64,000 nucleotides of DNA from an uncultured Chloroflexia bacterium. Its GTDB lineage: Bacteria > Chloroflexota > Limnocylindria > Limnocylindrales > CSP1-4. Both the position numbers and the translations under genes were made by a program. Positions 1 to 8,961 of this stretch are shown here, one piece after another (positions within the stretch are counted from its first letter, which is position 1; the number at the start of each line of letters is the position of its first letter). Where the stretch lies: NCBI GenBank assembly GCA_963707215.1, contig CAVPPB010000003.1:768001-832000 (forward strand), given 5' to 3'. The notes below the pieces were generated by a model that ran no database searches, had not been told where the DNA came from, and worked only from the letters and a program-made list of their open reading frames with translations.

Positions 1-532
1 CGGCAGCCTCACGGTAGGCGACCCGCAGGTCCTCGAAGCGGACGCCCCTGGCACCGGGGTCGGTCACGTCCGGTGAGATCGAGGCCGTCCGGTTGGTGGG
101 GCCCAGGGCTCCGGCTACGAAGCGCGGGCGGGTCGGTTCGGCCCGCTCCGCGGCATCGGCCGCCTCGCGGGCGAGAAGGGCCGCCGAGAGGTTCATCTCG
201 CGGGCCAGGTCCGCCAGGGCGTAGTCCGCCTGCGAGATGCGGTTGGCGTTGAAGGTGTTCGTCTCGACGATGTCGGCGCCGGCATCCAGGTAGGCCTCGT
301 GGACGCCACGCACGATGTCGGGCCGGGTCAGGCAGAGCAGGTCGTTGTCGCCGCGCAGGTCCCGCGGGTGGCCGGCGAAGCGGTCCCCGCGGAAGCCGGC
401 CTCGTCGAGCCGGTGGGCCTGGAGCATCGTCCCCATCGCCCCGTCGAGGACGAGGATGCGCTCCGCCATGAGCCCCTCCAGGCGGGCCAGGCGCCCGGCC
501 CGGTCGAACGGCCCGGCCGTGGCCGTGCTCAC
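1..532 (-). CDS. metH: Cobalamin-dependent methionine synthase, N-terminal homocysteine-binding domain (runs off the window)
   Basis: Manual minus-strand translation from GTG 532: [15 protein letters not shown]...[14 protein letters not shown]...[13 protein letters not shown]...[21 protein letters not shown] overlap with the upstream stop at 529-532. Confidence 0.93.
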   Translation of the reverse strand, partial: MSTATAGPFDRAGRLARLEGLMAERILVLDGAMGTMLQAHRLDEAGFRGDRFAGHPRDLRGDNDLLCLTRPDIVRGVHEAYLDAGADIVETNTFNANRISQADYALADLAREMNLSAALLAREAADAAERAEPTRPRFVAGALGPTNRTASISPDVTDPGARGVRFEDLRVAYREAA

Positions 533-2469
533 CGCTCGGCCACCACGGCCACGGGCACGGTAGCCCGGATCCGCCGGACCACCTCGGCCGCCTGCTCGTA
601 GCGACCGAAGCTCGGCATGAGATACGTCCCGGCGACCTCGCCGCGGACCGCCTCGACGAGGTCGAGGGCCAGCTCGACGCCGACGGCCGCCCCGCGATCG
701 CCCGCCCCGGCCATGGCGACCCGGGCCGCCTCGGGGACCGTGATCCCCGGCACCTCGTTGTGGAGGAACTCGGCGTGGCGGGCGCTCTGCAGGGGGAGGA
801 TCCCCAGCAGGACCGGCACCGGGATCCCGCCCGGCCCGAAGCGCCGCCGGGCCTCGGCCAGCATCGCCTCCACCTGGGCGACGTCGTAGAGCGGCTGGGT
901 CATGACGAGGTGGGCGCCGGCGGCCAGCTTGCGCTCGAGGCGGTCCCACTCGGTCGCCGCGTCGGCGGCCGTCGGGTCCAGGGCGCAGGCGATCGTGAAG
1001 CCGGCCCGCTGGCCGATCGGCGTGCCGGCCTGGTCCTCCCCGGCGTCGAGGCGGGCCAGGATCTCGATGAGGCCGATCGAGTCGACGTCCCAGACGCCGG
1101 TCCCGGTCGGGTAGTCGCCGACGTGGGGCGGATCGCCGGTCAGCGCCAGGATGTTGCGGACGCCGAGCGCATGAGCGCCGAGGAGCTCCGATTCGAGGGC
1201 CATCAGGTTGCGATCGCGGGTGGTCACGTGGACGACGGTCTCGAGCCCGACGTCCCGCTGGATCGCGAAGGCCACGGCCAGGGCGCCCATCCGGACCCGG
1301 GCCATCGCCGAGTCGCTGATGTTGACCACGTCCGCGCCGGCGTCCCGGAGGAGGCGGGCCGCCTCCAGCGTCCGGTCCATGCGGATCGAGCGTGGCGGGT
1401 CGATCTCCACGGACACCACGAAGCGCCCGTCGGCGAGGGCGCTGGCCAGCTTCGTCGGTGGCGGTGGGGCCCCGGTCCCGTCCTCGACCGGTTCGACCGG
1501 GGTGGCCCGCGGCGGCGGAGAGCCGACCGACGCCGGGTGGGCCCCTGTGACCTCTGCTGCGGCGGCCACCGGCGCGGCGGCCCCGGACCGGTCGGCGTCG
1601 AGGGCGGCGCGCATGGCCGCCACGTGAGCCGGCGTCGTCCCGCAGCAGCCGCCGACGAGGGCCGCGCCGGCCGCCACGAAGGTCCCGGTCATCGAGGCGA
1701 GGTACTCCGGGCCGGCGGCGTAGAGGAAGCGGCCCTCGACCCGCTGGGGAAGACCGGCGTTCGGCATGATCGAGCGGGCCAGGCCAGGCCCGGCCATCCG
1801 GTCCAGCGCGTCGAGGCAGGCGATCGGCCCGACCCCGCAGTTGACGCCGATGACGTCGACGTCGGCGCCAGCCAGGGCGGCGGCGGCGACCTCGGGCGTC
1901 GAGCCGTCACCGGCGACCAGCTCCTCGCCGAACGTCATCTCGGCCACGATCGGCAGCGCGCAGGCCGCCCGGATCTCGGCGATCGCCGCCAGCAGGTGCC
2001 CCAGATCGAAGAACGTCTCGACGACGAACAGGTCGACCCCGCCCTCCAGCAGGCCCTCGACCTGCTCGCGATAGGTGGCCCGGACGTCGGTCTCGGCGAG
2101 GTGGGCAAGCTCCCGGGTCGGCGCCCCGAGCGGCCCCACGGAGCCGGCCACCAGGACGTCGCGCCCACTGACCTCGCGGGCGTCCCGGGCCAGGCGCGCG
2201 GCTCGGCGGTTGAGCCGTCCTGCTTCGGTGCCCAGGCCCCAGCCGTCCAGCCGATGCCGGTTGGCCCCGAAGCTGAGGGTCTCGATGAGCTCGGCGCCGG
2301 CCTCGAGGTACTCGCGGTGGAGGGTCGACACCAGCTCGGGGCGCGAGGAGACGAGCTCGTCGAGGCAGGCCCGCTGGGGGATGCCACGGCTGAACAGGAG
2401 CGTGCCCATGCCGCCGTCGGCGAGCAGCGGCCCCCGGCCCAGTCGCGCTGCGAATGCCGCCCGTTCCAT
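529..2469 (-). CDS. yitJ: Bifunctional homocysteine S-methyltransferase / methylenetetrahydrofolate reductase (YitJ-type)
   Basis: [12 protein letters not shown] and GGCCGTTP zinc ligands, followed by an MTHFR domain (VEIDPP, TRDRN, ALTGDPP, TQPLYD). Start re-set to ATG 2469, which has TACCCT 7 nt upstream. Confidence 0.9.
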   Translation of the reverse strand: MERAAFAARLGRGPLLADGGMGTLLFSRGIPQRACLDELVSSRPELVSTLHREYLEAGAELIETLSFGANRHRLDGWGLGTEAGRLNRRAARLARDAREVSGRDVLVAGSVGPLGAPTRELAHLAETDVRATYREQVEGLLEGGVDLFVVETFFDLGHLLAAIAEIRAACALPIVAEMTFGEELVAGDGSTPEVAAAALAGADVDVIGVNCGVGPIACLDALDRMAGPGLARSIMPNAGLPQRVEGRFLYAAGPEYLASMTGTFVAAGAALVGGCCGTTPAHVAAMRAALDADRSGAAAPVAAAAEVTGAHPASVGSPPPRATPVEPVEDGTGAPPPPTKLASALADGRFVVSVEIDPPRSIRMDRTLEAARLLRDAGADVVNISDSAMARVRMGALAVAFAIQRDVGLETVVHVTTRDRNLMALESELLGAHALGVRNILALTGDPPHVGDYPTGTGVWDVDSIGLIEILARLDAGEDQAGTPIGQRAGFTIACALDPTAADAATEWDRLERKLAAGAHLVMTQPLYDVAQVEAMLAEARRRFGPGGIPVPVLLGILPLQSARHAEFLHNEVPGITVPEAARVAMAGAGDRGAAVGVELALDLVEAVRGEVAGTYLMPSFGRYEQAAEVVRRIRATVPVAVVAER

Positions 2470-2501
2470 ACCCGACAGGGTAGCCCTCCGGGCGTGCCCG
2501 G

Positions 2502-3314
2502 TCACCGGTGCTGGCAGCCCGGGCACCAGGTCGTGACGCGCGGCAGGTCCCCGTGCCTCCGGCTCACCAGGCGGCTGTCGCAGCGTCGGCACGGTCGACC
2601 GGTCCTGCCGTACACCCACAGGGGGCCCACCCGGCGGCGGGCGGCCCCGGTGGTCACCCGCTCGGGACCTGCGGCCCGGCTGGCGTAGGCGACGAGCAGC
2701 GAGCGGGCGGTCGCGACCAGTCGCTCCAGCGTCGCATCGTCGAGCTCCCCGACCGCTGCGAACGGGTGGACCCGCTCGATGAACAGGACCTCGCTCTTGT
2801 AGACGTTGCCGATCCCGGCCAGGGCCCGCTGATCCACGATAGCCTCGGCGATGGGCAAGCCGGTCCGCGAGGGCGCCCGGAAGCGTCGGATCGCCTCCCC
2901 GGGGTCGAAGGCCGGATCGAGGAGATCCGGACCCAGGGCCGCGAGGACCGGATGGAGCGGCTCGGTCCGGGACTCCAGCAGCTCGACGACGGGCGCGTCG
3001 AAGCAGACCGCGATGGCGCCCGGGACCTCGATGACGAGGCGAGCGCGAGCGGGCGCCCGACGCCATCGCTCGCCCGGTCGGTAGCGGTGCCACGAGCCGT
3101 GCATCCCCAGGTGGGTCCGCAGCTCCAGGCCCGAGTCGAACCGGATGAGCAGGTGCTTGCCGCGCGTCTCGACGGACTCGACCCGGGCGCCGACGAGGCC
3201 GTCGACCCGCGGCAGGGCACCGGGCCCGGCAGCCCGGGCTGCGAGCACCTCTCGGCCGACGAGGTGCGGCCGGAGTCCGGCCGCCGTCCGGGCGAGGGTG
3301 TCGCCCTCGGGCAC
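2502..3314 (-). CDS. nei: Fpg/Nei-family DNA glycosylase/AP lyase (endonuclease VIII-like)
   Basis: N-terminal MPEGD, RGKHLL, HLGMHG, H2TH motif GIGNVYKSE, C-terminal zinc finger CRRC...CPGCQ. Confidence 0.93.
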   Translation of the reverse strand: MPEGDTLARTAAGLRPHLVGREVLAARAAGPGALPRVDGLVGARVESVETRGKHLLIRFDSGLELRTHLGMHGSWHRYRPGERWRRAPARARLVIEVPGAIAVCFDAPVVELLESRTEPLHPVLAALGPDLLDPAFDPGEAIRRFRAPSRTGLPIAEAIVDQRALAGIGNVYKSEVLFIERVHPFAAVGELDDATLERLVATARSLLVAYASRAAGPERVTTGAARRRVGPLWVYGRTGRPCRRCDSRLVSRRHGDLPRVTTWCPGCQHR

Positions 3315-3316
3315 GA

Positions 3317-6300
3317 TCAGGTCCGGCCGGTGGCGCCCGGTCGGTCCGAGCGGACGGGACCGGTGCGGCCCGGAGCGCGGGCACCGCCGAGGACCAGCCC
3401 GCGGTACCCGGCGGCGAAGCCTGCCGCCAGCAGGGCGGGCCGCCAGGAAGTGATCGCCACCGGCTCCCCGTCGACGCGGACGATGACCAGCTCCCGCACC
3501 CGCGAGGACGTCACCAGCTCACCGAGGGCGCGCAGCGCGAGGTCGGCGGCACCGGCATCAGCCGCGGCCGGCAGCATCCGCAGCGAGCGTCCCCCGCGCT
3601 CGAGATAGGCGACCGGCTGTCCCTCGACGAGCGCGACGTACGCACCGGCTGCCCGGGCCAGGGGATGTCGGTCGGCCTCGCCGTTGCGCGGCCACGGGAC
3701 CGCCGAGCCGTAGGCGTTGGCCGGGTCGGTGGCGGCCAGGAGGTCGACCCGAGCCTCACCAGGCACCGGCTCGCGCAGGCTCCGGAGCCGATCGAGGGCC
3801 CCGGGCAGGGCGAACTGGGCGGCTCCCAGGCCGTCGACGAAGTACCCGCGGCGGATGCGACCGGCCTCCTCCATCGAGCGGAGCACGGTGTAGGCGGCCG
3901 TGAAACCGCCCTCGACCCCCTCGGCGACGACCGCGTCGCGGGTCACGACGCCGTGCCGTTCCAGCAGGGTCGTCGCGATGAGATGGGCATGCTCCGTGGC
4001 GGCCCGCAGGGCATCGCGGGCCGTTGCCTGGTCCGGGCGGTCGACGAGCGACCAGCGGCCGGCGGCCTCGGGCGGACCGAGCCCGGTCAGTCGCCCCGGG
4101 CGCGGCCGTCGGTCGCGCCGCGGTGGGCGCTTCCAGCGCAGGGCGCGGAGCGGCGCGAAGGTGTCGTTGGAGACCTCTCCGGCCCAGACCAGGTCCCAGA
4201 GCGCGTCGAGGACCTCCCGGTCCGCTCCCCCCAGGCCCGAGGCAAGGTCGCGGTAGAACGAGGCTCCGCGACGGGCCAGCCGGTCGCGTAGCGCTTCATG
4301 GAGCACGCCGTCGGGTCCGTCGTCCGTCGGACGCGCCCCGAGGGCCTCCCGTCCCGGACGGACCAGGACGACCCGGCCGTCGTCGCGGCCCAGGCTCCCC
4401 CGCCCCACCCAGGCGACCTCGCCCATCGCGCCCAGCTCGTCGAGGAGCCTCGGCTGGTAGCCCGGGACCCGGACCGGCAGGACGTCGCGCTCCAGGACCG
4501 AGGCCGGGATCGGCAGGCCGACCAGCTGATCGACCACTTCGGCCAGCCGCTCGAGGGCGCCCAGATCCCGCATCGGCGGTCGGGCGACGCCGACAGCGGC
4601 TACCCCGTGCCACTCTGGAAGGAAGCGGGCCAGCGCGCTCGGATCGACCGGCTCGACCTCGCGGCGGAGGCGAGCGAGCGAGCGGCGGCGGAGCCGCCGG
4701 AGGACGTCCTGGTCACACCACTCCCGCTCGGCACCGCCGGGGCGGAACTCACCCCGCAGGATCGCCCCGCGCTCCATCAGGCGCTCGAGGGCGGTCTCGA
4801 CGACGCCGGAGGGCAGGTTCCAGCGACGGGCCGGCTCCTCGGCCAGGAACGGCCCGTGCGACCGGGCCCAGCGGGCGAGCAGGCCACCCAGCGGATCGGC
4901 GACGGGGACCAGGAACGCGGCCGGCGTACCGACCGGGGGCTGCACCCCGACCGCGTCCCGATAGCGGGCGACATCCTCGATGGCGATCCATCGCTCGTCG
5001 CCGGCGATCCGGACGCGGACCGCCCGGCGGCCTTCCTCCAGCGCAGCAGCCCATCCAGCGGCATCGGCCGGCGCGCCATCGCAGCGGGCCACGAGCTCGT
5101 CGGCCGACAGGTCGCCGAGCCGGCGCAGGAGATCGTGGACGCCGTCGACCCCGCTCGCCCGCCGGTCCTCGTCCAGCGCCTGGAGCGACAGCTCCAGGTC
5201 GGCCAGGGCTTCCGGGTCGAGCAGCTCGCGGAGCTCCTCCTGGCCCAGCAGCTCCCGCAGGAGATCACGGTCGAGGGTCAGCGCCTGGGCCCGCCGCTCC
5301 GCCAGCGGCGCGTCCCCGTCGTACATGTACGCCGCGACGTAGTCGAAGAGGAGGGAGCTGGCGAACGGCGACGCCCGGGGCGTCTCCACCGAGTGGACGG
5401 CGATCTCGCGTCGACCGATGCCACCGAGGACCTCGCGCAGCGCCGGCAGGTCGAAGACGTCGGCCAGGCACTCGCGATACGTCTCCACGAGGATCGGGAA
5501 GCTCCCGTACCTGCTGGCCACGGCCAGCAGGTCGGCGGCCCGCTGGCGCTGCTGCCAGAGCGGCGTCCGGGTGCCCGGACGACGGCGCGGCAGGAGCAGC
5601 GCCCGAGCGGCGTTCTCGCGGAACCGGGCCGCGAAGAGGGCGCTGTCGGCAACCTGGCCGACGACCAGGTCCTCGATCTCGTCGGGGTCGGGGAAGAGCA
5701 ACGCCTCCACGCCGTCGACATCGCCCTCCGGAAGGCGGACGGCGATCCCGTCGTCGGACCAGATCGTCTGGACCTCGGTACCCAGGTGCTCGGCCAGGCG
5801 GCGCTCGATGGCCAGCGTCCACGGCGCGTGGACACGCCCGCCGAAGGGCGTCAGGAGCGTCAACCGCCAGTCGCCGAGCTCGTCGCGGAACCGCTCGACG
5901 ACGATCCGCCGGTCGGTCGGCAGGGCCCCCGTGGCCTCGCGCTCGTCCTCCAGGTAGGCGACCAGGTTCTCGGCCGCCAGCTCGTCGAGGTCGTGACGCT
6001 CGCGCAGCCGTCGGAGGGTCGCGGTCCGGCCGCGAGCTCCACGGCCGAGATCGTCCTCGACCTCGCGCACGAAGCCGCCGATCGCTCGACCCAGCTCGAT
6101 CGGCCGGCCGACAGCGTCGCCGTGCCAGAACGGCAGCTTGCCGGGTTGGCCGGGCGCCGGGCTGACGATCACCCGGTCGTGGGTGATCTCCTCGATCCGC
6201 CAGGCGCTCGCGCCGAGGGTGATCACCTCGCCGGCCCGGCTCTCGTAGACCATCTCCTCGTCGAGCTCGCCCACCCGTCGACCGGGCGTGCCGGGCTCGC

Positions 6301-7936
6301 CGACCATGAAGACCCCGTAGAGGCCTCTGTCGGGGATGGTCCCGCCGCTCGTGACCGCGACGACCCGGGCGTCGCGGCGGCCCTCGACGACGTCGGTCAC
6401 CCGGTCCCAGACGACCCGGGGCCTGAGCTCGGCGAACTCGTCGGACGGGTAGGCCCCGGCCAGCATCCCCAGGACCCCGACCAGGACGTCGCGCGAGAGG
6501 GTCTCGAAGGGTGCAGCCCGGGTCACCGTCCCGAGCAGCTCGTCGACGGTCCAGCGGTCCATGACGGTCATCGCGACGAGCTGCTGGGCCAGCACGTCGA
6601 GGGGGTTCCGAGGGACGACGGTCTCCTCGACCGCGCCGGCGTGCATGCGCTCGGCGACCACCGCCGCCTCGAGGAGGTCGCCGCGGTATTTGGGGAAGAC
6701 GACGCCCTTCGACGGGGCGCCGACCTGGTGACCGGCCCGGCCGATGCGCTGGAGCCCCGACGCGACCGAGGTCGGCGCCTCGACCTGGATGACGAGGTCG
6801 ACGGCGCCCATGTCGATGCCCAGCTCGAGACTCGAGGTCGCCACGAGGGCCGGCAGCCGGCCCGCCTTGAGCTCCTCCTCGATGGCGAGGCGCTGCTCAC
6901 GGGCGATCGAGCCGTGATGGGCCCGGACCAGCTCCTCCCCGGCCAGCTCGTTGAGCCGCTGGGCGAGCCGCTCGGCAAGCCGGCGACTGTTCGTGAAGAC
7001 GATCGTGCTCCGATGGCCCCGGATCAGCTCGAGGATCCGGGGATGGATCGCCGGCCAGATGCTGGTCCGCGGCTCTCCCGCGGTGGCGGGACCCCCGGGC
7101 TGCTCCTCGAGGGGGATCGGTTCTCCGATCCGCGAAAGGTCCTCGACCGGAACGATGACCCGAAGGTCCAGTTCCTTGCGCGTGCCGGCGTCGACGATCT
7201 CCACCTCGCGCCCCGGGCCGACGCCGCCGAGGAACCGGGCGATCGTCTCGAGGGGGCGCTGGGTCGCCGACAGGCCGATCCGCTGCGGCGGCCGCGCGCC
7301 GTCAGGCCGGAGCCGCTCGAGCCGCTCGAGGCTCAGGGCCAGGTGGGAACCGCGCTTCGTCCCGGCGATGGCATGCACTTCGTCGACGACGACCTGCTCA
7401 ACCCCGGCCAGGATCGACCGGGCCTGGCTGGTCAGGAGGAGGTACAGCGATTCCGGCGTCGTGACCAGGATGTCGGGGGGACGGCGGGCGAGCTGGCGGC
7501 GATCCTCGGCCGGGGTGTCGCCGGTCCTCGAGCCGATGGTGATGACCGGGACGGGCTCGCCCAGGCGCTCCGCCGCGAGGGCGATGCCGGCCAGTGGCGC
7601 TCGGAGGTTCCGCTCGACGTCGTAGGCCAGGGCCTTCAGCGGCGAGACGTAGAGGACGCGGACCGATCCGGGCTGACCCCGGCCGGGCGTCGGCGACGGC
7701 GAGCCGGCGAGGCGGTCGAGACACCAGAGGAAGGCGGCGAGGGTCTTGCCGCTGCCGGTCGGCGCGTGGATCAGCGTGTGGCGACCGTCAGCGATCGCCG
7801 CCCAGCCGCGCGCCTGCGCCTCGGTGGGCTCGTGGAACGACGCCTCGAACCAGGCCCGGACCGGCGGCGAGAAGCGGGCCAGGGGATCGGTCGGGCGGGA
7901 TGGCCGCGAGTGGCGATCGGACGGGTCGGCGGTCAC
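3317..7936 (-). CDS. lhr: Long-form Lhr ATP-dependent helicase (1539 aa)
   Basis: APTGSGKT, DEVH, SAT, HHGS, SSLELGID and QRIGRAGH motifs, plus the Lhr C-terminal region (RRGYFVDGLGAAQF, ATDPAN). Confidence 0.95.
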   Translation of the reverse strand: MTADPSDRHSRPSRPTDPLARFSPPVRAWFEASFHEPTEAQARGWAAIADGRHTLIHAPTGSGKTLAAFLWCLDRLAGSPSPTPGRGQPGSVRVLYVSPLKALAYDVERNLRAPLAGIALAAERLGEPVPVITIGSRTGDTPAEDRRQLARRPPDILVTTPESLYLLLTSQARSILAGVEQVVVDEVHAIAGTKRGSHLALSLERLERLRPDGARPPQRIGLSATQRPLETIARFLGGVGPGREVEIVDAGTRKELDLRVIVPVEDLSRIGEPIPLEEQPGGPATAGEPRTSIWPAIHPRILELIRGHRSTIVFTNSRRLAERLAQRLNELAGEELVRAHHGSIAREQRLAIEEELKAGRLPALVATSSLELGIDMGAVDLVIQVEAPTSVASGLQRIGRAGHQVGAPSKGVVFPKYRGDLLEAAVVAERMHAGAVEETVVPRNPLDVLAQQLVAMTVMDRWTVDELLGTVTRAAPFETLSRDVLVGVLGMLAGAYPSDEFAELRPRVVWDRVTDVVEGRRDARVVAVTSGGTIPDRGLYGVFMVGEPGTPGRRVGELDEEMVYESRAGEVITLGASAWRIEEITHDRVIVSPAPGQPGKLPFWHGDAVGRPIELGRAIGGFVREVEDDLGRGARGRTATLRRLRERHDLDELAAENLVAYLEDEREATGALPTDRRIVVERFRDELGDWRLTLLTPFGGRVHAPWTLAIERRLAEHLGTEVQTIWSDDGIAVRLPEGDVDGVEALLFPDPDEIEDLVVGQVADSALFAARFRENAARALLLPRRRPGTRTPLWQQRQRAADLLAVASRYGSFPILVETYRECLADVFDLPALREVLGGIGRREIAVHSVETPRASPFASSLLFDYVAAYMYDGDAPLAERRAQALTLDRDLLRELLGQEELRELLDPEALADLELSLQALDEDRRASGVDGVHDLLRRLGDLSADELVARCDGAPADAAGWAAALEEGRRAVRVRIAGDERWIAIEDVARYRDAVGVQPPVGTPAAFLVPVADPLGGLLARWARSHGPFLAEEPARRWNLPSGVVETALERLMERGAILRGEFRPGGAEREWCDQDVLRRLRRRSLARLRREVEPVDPSALARFLPEWHGVAAVGVARPPMRDLGALERLAEVVDQLVGLPIPASVLERDVLPVRVPGYQPRLLDELGAMGEVAWVGRGSLGRDDGRVVLVRPGREALGARPTDDGPDGVLHEALRDRLARRGASFYRDLASGLGGADREVLDALWDLVWAGEVSNDTFAPLRALRWKRPPRRDRRPRPGRLTGLGPPEAAGRWSLVDRPDQATARDALRAATEHAHLIATTLLERHGVVTRDAVVAEGVEGGFTAAYTVLRSMEEAGRIRRGYFVDGLGAAQFALPGALDRLRSLREPVPGEARVDLLAATDPANAYGSAVPWPRNGEADRHPLARAAGAYVALVEGQPVAYLERGGRSLRMLPAAADAGAADLALRALGELVTSSRVRELVIVRVDGEPVAITSWRPALLAAGFAAGYRGLVLGGARAPGRTGPVRSDRPGATGRT

Positions 7937-7968
7937 GGGACCGCGAGTATAGGCCCGTCGGCTGAATC

Positions 7969-7982
7969 AGAACAGATGGTCG
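7969..7982. promoter_or_regulatory. Possible LexA (SOS) box over the lhr promoter
   Basis: AGAAC-AGAT-GGTCG is one mismatch from GAAC-N4-GTTC. It lies about 20 nt upstream of a minus-strand -10 TATACT (7946-7951). Confidence 0.45.
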
Positions 7983-8055
7983 ATATCGCAGGCCCAGGCC
8001 CACCTCAGGGCAGGCGCGGCGCGATCGCACCGGCGCGCAGGCCCCCCTGACGCGC

Positions 8056-8092
8056 GTTGCCCGTCCACGCAAGTCTTGCGCAGACGGGCAAC
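8056..8092. repeat. Intergenic imperfect palindrome (hairpin); its left arm recurs at 26532-26550
   Basis: GTTGCCCGTC-CA-CGCAAG-T-CTTGCG-CA-GACGGGCAAC. Confidence 0.7.
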
Positions 8093-8142
8093 CGTATGCG
8101 GGGCCCGGGAGCCCCAGGGAGGGCGCGGGCTGCCCCCGGACG

Positions 8143-8733
8143 TCAGGCGGCCGGGGTGGCCGAAGCGGTCGGGATGAGACCTTCCGGGGTGGCCGGATCA
8201 CCGGACATCAGGTACCGCCGGACGGAGCCCGGACCGATCTGCTCGGCCAGGATGCCGTCGATGCCGAAGTACTTCCCGGCGCCCAAGCCGGCGATCGTCG
8301 CGCAGATCAGGGCGTAGGTCAGGTGCTGGTTCGCGACGCCGTAGGCGAAGTCCCAGGCCGCGACGAAGAAGAACAGCATCATCACCGTGCCCATCGCCGC
8401 CCCGAACCGGGTGAGCAGGCCCAGGATGAGCGAAACGCCGATGCCGATCTGGCCGAGCGGCACGAGCCAGTCGATGACCGTGCTCGCCGCCTCGTTGCCG
8501 GCCAGCGCGACCCAGAAGCCCTGCGTCGGGTTGAAGCACTGGCCCTCGGCCACCTCGGACACGAACGGCCAGCCCAGCGAGCCGCAGGTGCCGAACTCCA
8601 GGAAACCGGCGGCACTCCAGGTCCCCAGGCCGACGCCGATGGCCTTCTCCAGACCGGCCCACAGGAAGACGATGCCGACGACGACCCGGAGCAGCGCGAC
8701 GCCGATCCGGTGGTAGCGCTTGTAGATGATCAT
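8143..8733 (-). CDS. DoxX/DoxD-family membrane protein
   Basis: LLRVVVGIVFLWAGLEK, GQIGIGVSLILGLLTR and GAGKYFGIDG motifs, about 4 TM helices, RBS AGGAGA. Confidence 0.85.
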   Translation of the reverse strand: MIIYKRYHRIGVALLRVVVGIVFLWAGLEKAIGVGLGTWSAAGFLEFGTCGSLGWPFVSEVAEGQCFNPTQGFWVALAGNEAASTVIDWLVPLGQIGIGVSLILGLLTRFGAAMGTVMMLFFFVAAWDFAYGVANQHLTYALICATIAGLGAGKYFGIDGILAEQIGPGSVRRYLMSGDPATPEGLIPTASATPAA

Positions 8734-8961
8734 CTAGGGTGGTTCTCCTGCTCTGATCAGACCACGACCGCTCGGGCGGGTCGTGCCGGCGGCGTTCGCC
8801 GGGCATGCGAAAGGGCGACGCCCGCTCCCCCCAAGGGCGATCGCCATGATCCGTCCGGGACGTTCGGATGAACGTCCGGGGTTCCTTCGAGCCCCGAACC
8901 GGCCTCCATCCGGTCGTGCTGCCCGATCGAAATGGGACGCCGGATCGGGCCGTCGGCACGC

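Noticed and set aside
2470-2501. SAM or cobalamin riboswitch ahead of the methionine genes
   Set aside because: Only 32 nt separate nei and yitJ, and the -10 element abuts the start codon.
4298-8050. Very long plus-strand ORF (1250 aa) and similar ones at 33993-37232, 45672-48032 and 56524-59319
   Set aside because: Antisense shadows of real genes. High GC3 suppresses stop codons, and they carry no recognisable motifs.
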